Positions 11,200-19,722 of a DNA stretch of 64,000 bases are shown piece by piece. A program made the position numbers and the translations under genes. The notes beneath the pieces are model-generated. The model was given only the letters and a program-made list of their open reading frames with translations, did not search any database and was not told where the DNA came from. The stretch spans positions 86,161 through 150,160 of the forward strand of contig JAFQQE010000012.1 of assembly GCA_017411405.1 (NCBI GenBank), given 5' to 3'. How positions within the stretch are numbered: position 1 is the stretch's first letter; the number at the start of each line of letters is the position of its first letter. The stretch comes from Bacilli bacterium. GTDB lineage: Bacteria > Bacillota_I > Bacilli_A > RF39 > UBA660.

Positions 11200-11574
11200 C
11201 AAAAGCCTTTATTTATAGGGGGTTAAGAGTAATTATTATATTTATATCTTTTATAATTATTAATTAATTTTCTTAAAATTATACAAAAAATCTATTAAAA
11301 AATAGAATATCAAAAATCATTAAAAAAATGTTGTTTTTTATGTAAAAATTAGGTAAAAACTTTTTTAGGTCAAAAAAAGGTCCAGGAAGTGGCTAAAAAA
11401 AGTCAAGGTTTAGGTCAGAAAAAAGTCAAAAAAAGGTCAAAAAAAAGTCATATTTCGGTCATAAAAAAGTACTGGACATGTTGTAAAGTAAGATAGTAAA
11501 GGGAATTTTAAAATATTTACAAGAAATAAAACAAGATGATATAATTTTGTTATAGAAAAAGAGGTTGAAAAAAT

Positions 11575-12423
11575 ATGGAAGAAAATAAAAATAATAAAGG
11601 ATTAATTTGGTTAATATTAATTTTAATAATATTAGTATTAGGATTAGTAGGTTATATTGTATATGATAAACTTTTAAAAATTGATAAGACTATTCCTAAT
11701 AATGATGAAACAACAATTACCACAACAACTACTGTAAAAAATGAAATATTCAGAGATAGTGTTTCTGAACTATTTGTTGATTATCCAATTAAAAATGATG
11801 AAACTGTTATTGCAAATGGGTTTATTGATGAAATTATAGAAAAAAATATAAGTCATAAAGAAATATATGAAAATAAAAAAAGTAAATTTATTGGGACAGA
11901 TATTGAATTTACATATAATTCAAAAAAATGTAATATGGAAGAAGTACAAGATGATAATGGGAACATTATCAATTATGAGAATTGGTGTGAAGATATAGAA
12001 ATTAGTATAGATGGTAATCATATTTTTACTATAAATGTACCTGCTAAAGGTCCAGGAGAAGATATTCCGTATATTCTCATAACTAACAACTATATAATTA
12101 GCCAATATGATGGATTTGATGAATTTGATGGAAACGGAGTTATTAAAATATTTAATTTAAATGGTAAATTGATTAAAGAAATAAAAAACACAAGTTATAT
12201 GGGTATGCTAGATGATTGTGGTGATTATAACGAAAATGAAAATACTGTGTTTTATGATAAATATGTAATGATAGATAATAATAAACTATATTATGTTTCT
12301 TATTCTGATGTATGGTTTCCGGGAAATGACACAGAAAATGCAAGTATAAATTACTTAGATTTAGATACTATGACAGAAAACGTTTTAAAGAAATTTAAAG
12401 CAAGATTTACACAACAATGTTAA
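11575..12423 (+). CDS. cassette 2 cargo: N-terminally anchored surface protein, paralog B
   Basis: Same N-terminal ~35 aa as 10313 and 12979; divergent body; shared NNKLYY motif near the C-terminus. Confidence 0.85.
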   Translation: MEENKNNKGLIWLILILIILVLGLVGYIVYDKLLKIDKTIPNNDETTITTTTTVKNEIFRDSVSELFVDYPIKNDETVIANGFIDEIIEKNISHKEIYENKKSKFIGTDIEFTYNSKKCNMEEVQDDNGNIINYENWCEDIEISIDGNHIFTINVPAKGPGEDIPYILITNNYIISQYDGFDEFDGNGVIKIFNLNGKLIKEIKNTSYMGMLDDCGDYNENENTVFYDKYVMIDNNKLYYVSYSDVWFPGNDTENASINYLDLDTMTENVLKKFKARFTQQC

Positions 12424-12450
12424 TTCGTAAAAAAATATAATTAAAATTAA

Positions 12451-12582
12451 TAACTGGATATATGAAAATAAGTGTGATAAAGTGATAATAGAGGACAGAA
12501 ACTAAGGGAGCTTCTATTATGTTCACAATACGCCCCATTTGAGTATTTGGTGAAGCTGAAATAAGCTTCGCTTTTTCTTTTG
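12451..12582 (+). repeat. cassette junction repeat
   Basis: TAACTGG at 12451 lies exactly 80 bp before the core at 12531. Confidence 0.92.
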
Positions 12583-12978
12583 GAAATCCCTTATTTCAAG
12601 GGCTTTTGTCATTTTAAATGATTTTTGATAATAAAATATTTTCAAAAAAAATAGAAAAATTGATAAAATTAAATTTAAAAATAAAATCTCTAAAAATTCC
12701 TTAATTTAATACTTTTTTTGATGAAAAAATCAATAAAAAAATGGTAAAAGTCAAAAAAAGGTCAAAAAAATAGAAAAAAAAGGTCAAGCATTAGGTCAAG
12801 GATTGGTCAAGGAATTCAACAGTAAAAGGCAAAATAAAGTCATATTTAGGTCATTTTTTGGTCAAAAATAAGTACAGTAAATTTCGTAAACTTAGATTGT
12901 AAAGGCCTTTCTAGATTATTTACAAGAAGTAATTAATATTGATATAATAAAAATATAGAAAAAGAGGTTGAAATAAAA

Positions 12979-13749
12979 ATGGAAGAAAAGAAAAATAATA
13001 AAGGATTAATTTGGTTAATAGTAATTTTAATTATTTTAGTATTAGGATTAGTAGGATATATCGTTTATGATATAGTTTTGAAAGTTGATAAAACTAATCT
13101 TACTCCAAATAATACTAGCACAACTACTACAAGTAAAAAGATTATAGAAGAACAAAATTTTACTAAATATCCTGAAAAAAACGATGATAATATTGTTAAT
13201 TTTAACTTGCATGAATTATACGTTAATGAAAATGTTAATTTAATGGAAAATTTTAAAAATTTAAAGTTAAAAAAAGGAAATATAGATTATACACTAAATT
13301 GTACGAAGTATGATGAAGCGCATGTTGAAGCATTTGGATATGCATGTAGTCATTTTGAAATTTTAATTAATAAAGTAAAATTAGAAGATTATTTTAATGA
13401 AGGTTGTGGACATACAAAGCATATTATAATTAATGGAGATTATTTAATATTACAACTTTCCACAGGATGTGATGAAGGTTGTGGATATATTAAAATATTT
13501 AAAAATGGCGAACTTATTTATACTGTAAAAGGTACTACATCTTATTTGGATTTAAATGATTCTTTTGATAATATAATAAAATATTCTAATAACAAATTAT
13601 ATTACTTTATCCAAACAAAAGAAACAGATGTGGCTTATAATGTATTGAAAATGATTGATTTTAATAAATCTGAAATAATAGAAGAAGAATTAGAAAGAAA
13701 AGAAACTGATTATGCTGTTTGCTATGATCTTTCTGGCGAATTTGAATAA
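12979..13749 (+). CDS. cassette 3 cargo: N-terminally anchored surface protein, paralog C
   Basis: Conserved N-terminal anchor, Cys-containing variable domain, NNKLYY motif. Confidence 0.85.
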   Translation: MEEKKNNKGLIWLIVILIILVLGLVGYIVYDIVLKVDKTNLTPNNTSTTTTSKKIIEEQNFTKYPEKNDDNIVNFNLHELYVNENVNLMENFKNLKLKKGNIDYTLNCTKYDEAHVEAFGYACSHFEILINKVKLEDYFNEGCGHTKHIIINGDYLILQLSTGCDEGCGYIKIFKNGELIYTVKGTTSYLDLNDSFDNIIKYSNNKLYYFIQTKETDVAYNVLKMIDFNKSEIIEEELERKETDYAVCYDLSGEFE

Positions 13750-13793
13750 TATTTGTATAAATTGTTAAATGAATAATATATAATTAAAATTAA

Positions 13794-13924
13794 TAACTGG
13801 ATTTACAAAAATATATGTGATAGAGTAATAATAGAGGACAGAAACTAAGGGAGCTTCTATTATGTTCACAAAACGCCCCATTAGGCAATTTGGTGAAGCT
13901 GAAATACGCTTCACTTTTTTCTTT
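13794..13924 (+). repeat. cassette junction repeat
   Basis: TAACTGG at 13794 lies 80 bp before the core at 13874. Confidence 0.92.
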
Positions 13925-14164
13925 GTCATAAAAAAGTCAAAAAATGGTCAACTTTTGGTCATGAAAAAGTCTTGAAAAGGTCCTGAAAAAGTACAGAAAA
14001 AGTCAAAAATTTATAAATAAAAGTCAGGTTAAGGTCAAAAAAAGGTCATAAATAAGTCAAAAAAAGGTACTGGACTTTTTGTAACAAATTTTTTTTAAAA
14101 CAAAAAATTATTTCTTTTAAATCATTTTTATGTTAAAATATAAAATACAAATGGAGGTTTTGAA

Positions 14165-14677
14165 ATGGAAATAATTAATAAAGAATATGTAAAAATAGAT
14201 AAATTTGATCTTTTTATCGAGCAAGTAAGAGCATCAACAGAAGATAATAAATTTAATATAAATTTTTTTCAAAATTTAACACGTATTATCTATGATTATG
14301 AAAAGAAAAATCATAGATCTATAAATGAACTATATATAAAAACTGATAGTCTATGTTATAAAAAATTACAAAAGACTATACAATTTTCTATAAAAAGACA
14401 AACAGTAATAAATGCTATAATATTTGCTTTATTAAATAATGAGACAAATATTGCATTACAGTTAATAAATCATATTAAACAAGATAAAATTTTTCCTAGT
14501 CAATTGGATAATTTATTAGATTATGTTTTTATTAATGGAATGAATACAAATGATTTTTTCAATGGTGAAAAAGATAAATTTATTTATAATGATACTAAAA
14601 ATGAAATTGAAATAGGTAAAATTTATAATGTAAATACAATTAAATCGACAGGACAAACTAAAAAATTAATTAAATAA
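14165..14677 (+). CDS. cassette 4 cargo: hypothetical protein
   Basis: GGAGG RBS, TG-TAAAAT -10 upstream; unrelated to the cassette 1-3 cargo. Confidence 0.75.
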   Translation: MEIINKEYVKIDKFDLFIEQVRASTEDNKFNINFFQNLTRIIYDYEKKNHRSINELYIKTDSLCYKKLQKTIQFSIKRQTVINAIIFALLNNETNIALQLINHIKQDKIFPSQLDNLLDYVFINGMNTNDFFNGEKDKFIYNDTKNEIEIGKIYNVNTIKSTGQTKKLIK

Positions 14678-14736
14678 AAATATTTTATACTAAAAGTAGT
14701 ATTTTTGACAGACTAAATATATATAATATTATGTGG

Positions 14737-14880
14737 AGTCAAAAATTGGGCAGAAAAAGGTCAAACTACAGGTCATGTTTTGGTCAACCTTTAGTCATGA
14801 GTTGGGCAAGGAATGGTCATGAAGTGGTCACACAAAAGTCAAGATTTGGTCATTTTTAGGTCAAAAAAAGGTCAAAAAAA
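14737..14880 (+). repeat. 11-bp-periodic (G/A)GTCA direct-repeat array, 13 copies
   Basis: GTCA/GGCA at 14738, 14749, 14760, 14772, 14783, 14794, 14805, 14816, 14827, 14838, 14849, 14860, 14871. Confidence 0.9.
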
Positions 14881-14932
14881 TCTAGACTAAATTTATATAA
14901 TGCGGTATAAATTTTATTGTAAGGATAATTTG

Positions 14933-15016
14933 ACAATAGAGGGCTTCTATTATGTTCACAAAACGCCCCATTAAGATATTTGGTGAAGCTCTAGTAAGCT
15001 TCACTTTTTCTTTTGC
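14933..15016 (+). repeat. cassette junction repeat, short variant
   Basis: AATAGAGGGCTTCTATTATGTTCACAAAA-CGCCCCATT(14964)-AAGATATTTGGTGAAGC; lacks the TAACTGG part. Confidence 0.9.
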
Positions 15017-15215
15017 ATAAAAAAGTCAAAAAAAGGTCAAGTTTTGGTCACGAAAAAGACCTGAAAAAGTACCGAAAAAGTCCAGAAAAAGGCAAAAAAT
15101 TATAGAAAAAAGTCAAGACTAGGCAAAAAACAAGCAATTTTTGATCAAAAAAATGTCAAAAAAAGTTATGTGAGTATTGTTTGTGATATAATAATTTTAG
15201 AAAAGGAGAAATCAC

Positions 15216-15758
15216 ATGAAAAAAACAAGTAAAAAGAATGTTAGACGCGCCCTATTATCTATAACTGTTGGGATATTAGTATGCATGCCACTTGCAGTCA
15301 TAGAGGCATGGCCAGTGGTAATACTTTTCGGTGGTATTTGTAGTATTTTTCCAGGTGCGGTAATTCTTGATAAATTAGGGCTAATAGAATTAGTTGATGT
15401 AAAAAGATATAAAAAAATTGTTGATGAAAAAGGTAATATATTATATGATGATTATGAAAATGTAAAAAAAGTAGATGCGAACGATTATGAAAAAGAATTG
15501 AGATTTGCTGACGAAAGAAAAAGAGCAAATATATTATTTGAAGATACATACAAAAAGCCAATTATTACTAAACAAACAAGAGAAAATATTTTAAATTCTC
15601 CTAATTTATATTCAAATTGCGATATTAGAGTTAGGATGGGAAAATTTTATACTGACGAAGAAAAAGAAAAGTATATAGAAGAAAGCTTAAAAAGACCTTT
15701 ACCTGGTGAAGAAGGACTTAAACTAATAAAAAAGTGGAAACCAAGAAATAATAAGTAA
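15216..15758 (+). CDS. cassette 5 cargo: hypothetical protein with two N-terminal TM segments
   Basis: AAAGGAG RBS, TATAAT upstream, hydrophobic residues ~13-60. Confidence 0.75.
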   Translation: MKKTSKKNVRRALLSITVGILVCMPLAVIEAWPVVILFGGICSIFPGAVILDKLGLIELVDVKRYKKIVDEKGNILYDDYENVKKVDANDYEKELRFADERKRANILFEDTYKKPIITKQTRENILNSPNLYSNCDIRVRMGKFYTDEEKEKYIEESLKRPLPGEEGLKLIKKWKPRNNK

Positions 15759-15797
15759 TATTTTGACATCTTATAATATTTATGATATATTGAATAC

Positions 15798-15908
15798 GTC
15801 AAAGAAATTTGCATAAAATAAAAAAGGATACATTTGATTGCGAGAATCAGATGTTTCCCTTAATGGATTGCATCTGAAATCAACAGTTGTTGAAATCAGA
15901 TGTTTTTA
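15798..15908 (+). ncRNA. putative antisense (antitoxin-like) sRNA
   Basis: TTGACA-17-TATATT promoter at ~15764-15792; terminator CATCTGA..TCAGATG-TTTTT ending ~15907; convergent with a small hydrophobic ORF. Confidence 0.5.
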
Positions 15909-15986
15909 TTATTTATACAGTAAGGTGATTACTATAAAAAATAATAGTAGATTTATTATAAATAGAGAAAACTCTCTTTTAGTCAT
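15909..15986 (-). CDS. 25-aa hydrophobic peptide, type I toxin-like (MTKREFSLFIINLLLFFIVITLLYK)
   Basis: AAAGGTGGTG RBS; minus-strand promoter TTGTCG-17-TATAAT at 16090-16062; single TM; absent from the ORF track. Confidence 0.65.
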   Translation of the reverse strand: MTKREFSLFIINLLLFFIVITLLYK

Positions 15987-16123
15987 AATTAACCACCACC
16001 TTTCATTTATGTTTATAAACGAAAGGGAAGGCATCTGATATTTTCAAATGTATCCAAATAAATTATAGCAAACATTTGTATTTTCGACAATAAGAATCTA
16101 TAAAAAAATATAATTAAAGTTAA

Positions 16124-16254
16124 TAACTGGATATATAGAAATATATGTGATAAAGTGATAATAGAGGACAGGAACTAAGGAAACTTCTGTTATGTTCACA
16201 ACATGCCCCATTAACATGTTTGGTGAAGCTGAAATAAGCTTCATTTTTTCTTTG
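16124..16254 (+). repeat. cassette junction repeat, more diverged
   Basis: TAACTGG at 16124 lies 80 bp before the variant core TGCCCCATT at 16204. Confidence 0.88.
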
Positions 16255-16496
16255 GCGTAAAAAAGTCAGAAAAAACGTCAACTTTTGGTCACGAAAAAGA
16301 CCTGAAAAAGTACTGGAAAAGTCCAGAAAAAGTCAAAAAATTAGAGAAAAAAGACAGGTTTAGGTCAAAAAAAAGGTCAAAAATAAGTCATAAAAAAGTA
16401 CTGGACTTTTTGTAACAAATTTTTTTTTAAATAAAAAATAATTTCTTTTAAATCATTTTTATGTTAAAATATAAAACACAAACGGAGGTTTTGTAT

Positions 16497-17246
16497 ATGA
16501 ATATAGAATTTGTATCTAAAGATAATGAAGCAAAAGTGTTTGATGAAAATAACAATGGTAAAAAAATTAATAATACTGATAATATTGAAGAAATATTAAT
16601 AAAAGAAAATGTAATTGAAAACATGGAAAAGGAAATTGAACAATTAAAAAAAGATATTAATAATTATAATAAAAGTCGAAGAATTCCAACTTGGTTACCT
16701 TTAACTATGTTTACAATACTACCTTTAATTATTAATCCTATTATAATGAATGAACTTGGTGTATGGAATGATATAATATCTAATACTATTCTTGGTATAA
16801 ATAAGTTAGGACCATTACTAACTGTTTCAATTACCGGTTTTATGATAATACCTGGGTCTTTAATGTCATTATCATTTTTATTAGCAAATAAAGAAAGAAA
16901 TAAATATCAAAAAGCTAGAGAAATAAAATTAGAATTTTTAAAAAAAGATATTGTTAATCAAAGAGAATTATTAAATGAATTAAAAAACAACAAAACTTTA
17001 AGTGAAGAAAATAAAGATTTTAAAGTTCAAAAAGTTAATGATTTAGAGCAATTAAAAAGTTTAAGAGCATGTTTATTATTATGTGAACATATTGCTTACA
17101 ATGAAAAGAAATGGTATAAATATTATCAAGAAGGTAAGTTAGCTAAAAAAATGGAAAAATATTGGAATGAATCTGGTGTAGAAATGGCTAAAGATTATTT
17201 TGAAGAAAAAGGACCTATATTAGCCAAAAAATATGATAAAAAATAA
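16497..17246 (+). CDS. cassette 6 cargo: coiled-coil/two-TM hypothetical protein
   Basis: Start moved to ATG 16497 after GGAGG; upstream arm nearly identical to that of cassette 4. Confidence 0.75.
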   Translation: MNIEFVSKDNEAKVFDENNNGKKINNTDNIEEILIKENVIENMEKEIEQLKKDINNYNKSRRIPTWLPLTMFTILPLIINPIIMNELGVWNDIISNTILGINKLGPLLTVSITGFMIIPGSLMSLSFLLANKERNKYQKAREIKLEFLKKDIVNQRELLNELKNNKTLSEENKDFKVQKVNDLEQLKSLRACLLLCEHIAYNEKKWYKYYQEGKLAKKMEKYWNESGVEMAKDYFEEKGPILAKKYDKK

Positions 17247-17461
17247 AAAGTTTTATTTAGAAAAAGATAAAATATGAATAAGGTCATAATTTGGTCAAAA
17301 AAAGGTCATGCAGTAGGTCATTTTTTGGGCAACCTTTGGAAAATAAAAAGTTATAAATATAGTTTAAAAAAGATAACACAATATTAAAAAATATGATTAT
17401 AATTACGCTCTAATAAGGTATAATTTTTTTTATATGTGTTAAATTAGTATAGAGGTAATAT

Positions 17462-18853
17462 ATGAAGAATAATTTAACTAAATATAATAATAAAAGAAAT
17501 TTTGATAAAACTAAAGAACCTAGAGGTAAAAAAGAAAGTAATAATAAAAAACTTAGATTTGTTGTTCAACATCATATTGCAAGAAAAGATCATTATGATT
17601 TGAGATTAGAATACGATGGAGTATTAAAGAGTTGGGCAGTACCTAAAGGACCTAGTTATAATATTAAAGATAAACGTTTATCAATTTTAGTAGAAGATCA
17701 TCCATTAGAATATCGTAATTTTGAAGGTGTTATACCTAAAGGTGAGTATGGTGGTGGTACTGTCATGTTATTTGACGAAGGAACTTATGAACCTTTATAT
17801 GACTTTAAGAAAAGTTTTAAAGATGGAATGATAAAAATTATATTATATGGAAAAAGATTAAAAGGTGTTTGGACTTTAGTTCATTTTAAAGAAGATAATT
17901 GGTTGTTAATCAAGGAAAAAGATGAATATATGGAATTTAGTGATATTAAAACTATTAATACAAGTATTAAAAGTGGTAGAACAATGGAAGAGATTGAAAA
18001 TGGTATAAAAAATAATACTGAAGATGTTATAGAGGGTGTTAAGATAAGTAATCCTGATAAGATAATTTATAAGAAACCAAATATTACTAAATTGGAAATA
18101 ATTAAGTATTATAAAGCTGTTTCAAAAAGAATGTTGCCATATTTAAAAAATCGTGTTATAAGTACGGTTAGATGTCCTGATGGAATAGATGGTGCTTCTT
18201 TTTTTAAAAAACATTTTGAAAATGAAAGAGAAGGTTTATGTAAAGTAGATTTAAAAAATATGAGTAGTAAAGAAGATGATTATTATTTTCTAACAAGTGT
18301 AAAAGGTTTAATAAGTGAAGTTCAAATGAATAGTTTTGAATTTCATATTTGGGGAAGTAGAGTGGAAGATTTAGAAAATCCTGATATATTGGTTTTTGAT
18401 TTCGATCCTGATGAAAATTTAAATTTAAAGAAATTAAGAGATGGAGTTAGAGATTTAAAAAGTATATTAGATGAATTGAAATTAAAGTCTTTTTTGAAAA
18501 CTAGTGGTGGTAAAGGTTATCATGTTTTGGTTCCAATTAGTGGGGTAAATTGGAAAGAATTTCGTTTGATTGCGAAAAATATTGCAGAATTAATGGAAGC
18601 AAAATGGCCTTTAAAATATACAAGTAATATTAGAAAACATAAACGTAAGAATAAAATATTTATTGATTGGGTCAGAAATACTAGGGGAGCTACTAGTGTT
18701 GCACCATATTCTTTAAGACTAAGAAATAAAGCAACTGTGTCCTTTCCAATCTCTTGGAATGAGTTAGATAAAATTAAACCGAATAGTATAACTTTAAAAA
18801 AAGCATTAGAAAAAATAAAAGGAAAAGATCCTTGGAAAGGTTTTTATAAATAA
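17462..18853 (+). CDS. ligD: LigD-type 3'-phosphoesterase + primase-polymerase fusion lacking the ligase domain
   Basis: FVVQHH..HYDLRLE..LKSWAVPKGPS (PE domain); SNPDK, VFDFDP, KTSGGKGYH, APYSLR (Pol domain); no KxDG ligase domain. Confidence 0.88.
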   Translation: MKNNLTKYNNKRNFDKTKEPRGKKESNNKKLRFVVQHHIARKDHYDLRLEYDGVLKSWAVPKGPSYNIKDKRLSILVEDHPLEYRNFEGVIPKGEYGGGTVMLFDEGTYEPLYDFKKSFKDGMIKIILYGKRLKGVWTLVHFKEDNWLLIKEKDEYMEFSDIKTINTSIKSGRTMEEIENGIKNNTEDVIEGVKISNPDKIIYKKPNITKLEIIKYYKAVSKRMLPYLKNRVISTVRCPDGIDGASFFKKHFENEREGLCKVDLKNMSSKEDDYYFLTSVKGLISEVQMNSFEFHIWGSRVEDLENPDILVFDFDPDENLNLKKLRDGVRDLKSILDELKLKSFLKTSGGKGYHVLVPISGVNWKEFRLIAKNIAELMEAKWPLKYTSNIRKHKRKNKIFIDWVRNTRGATSVAPYSLRLRNKATVSFPISWNELDKIKPNSITLKKALEKIKGKDPWKGFYK

Positions 18854-18913
18854 TAAGTATTGTAAATTATTTCTTTTTGTGTAATAATAGTTTTAATTTT
18901 TGAGGGTGGTATT

Positions 18914-19645
18914 ATGCTTTGTCCGTTTTATTTTTTTGATGAAAAAGAAAGAGAGTTAGAAAATATACATTGTGATATTATATTTAATATATCTAAGTTA
19001 TTTAAAGAATTGAATACTAATAACATTTATGAAATATTTTATATTTATTGTTATTTGTTATGGAATGGTTATTTTTCAGTGGATAAAATATACATGTATG
19101 ATTATAAAGATATTTTAGATGAAGATAACACTATATTTTTAGGTAAGGGTTGCTGTAGGCATAATTCATCTCTTTTAACTGATGTATTAAGATATTTAGA
19201 ATTTAATAGCACGGAAGTAAGTATAAGAACTATAAATGTTAAATTAGATAGAATAATTAATGATATCAAAAGAATACATGTATTATATGGAGAAAAAGAA
19301 GAAAAAGTACCTAAAAATCTTCCGAATCATAGTGTTGTTTTAGTTAAACAAAATAGTTCTCTTTTGTTAGATTCTACAGCATTAACTTGTATAGAAGTTT
19401 TAAATAAAGGCAAACTTTATTGTCCTGATGGGAAATATAAAATAAATAGAAAGCTATTTTTAAATGAAATAAATAAAAGAAATATTAATTTTGAAAGTAA
19501 ATCATTATTAAGTAAAGAAGTTTTAAAAAATCATTATTTTATAGCTAAAAATATAATAAAAGATAATAAAAATTTAATTGAAGATTTTTATAATGATAAT
19601 AATAATAAATATAATAAAGTTAAAGAATTAGTTAAAAAAATATAA
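18914..19645 (+). CDS. hypothetical protein, possible transglutaminase/papain-like Cys-His-Asp fold
   Basis: GCCRHNS, NHSVVLV and LLLDST occur in triad order. Confidence 0.55.
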   Translation: MLCPFYFFDEKERELENIHCDIIFNISKLFKELNTNNIYEIFYIYCYLLWNGYFSVDKIYMYDYKDILDEDNTIFLGKGCCRHNSSLLTDVLRYLEFNSTEVSIRTINVKLDRIINDIKRIHVLYGEKEEKVPKNLPNHSVVLVKQNSSLLLDSTALTCIEVLNKGKLYCPDGKYKINRKLFLNEINKRNINFESKSLLSKEVLKNHYFIAKNIIKDNKNLIEDFYNDNNNKYNKVKELVKKI

Positions 19646-19722
19646 TTTTTATAAAGTATAGTTATTATACTTTATTTTTTTTTAATACTTTGATATAATT
19701 TATTAAGAATAAGAGGGATTAT

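Larger units (their letters stand above)
9866..17414 (+). mobile_element. tandem array of six gene-cassette-like units anchored at the tRNA-His 3' end
   Basis: Core CGCCCCATT at 9866, 11148, 12531, 13874, 14964 and TGCCCCATT at 16204, each followed by a GGTGAAGC/GCTTC hairpin; possible decayed closing site at 17406; mobility is inferred. Confidence 0.8.

Noticed and set aside
15838-16038. 66-aa plus-strand ORF from the track
   Set aside because: TTG start with no convincing RBS and an internal terminator; it overlaps the better-supported minus-strand peptide and sRNA.
9866-17414. CRISPR array or prophage interpretation of the repeats
   Set aside because: Spacing is 1.1-1.4 kb with whole genes between repeats; no cas, integrase or phage structural genes are present.
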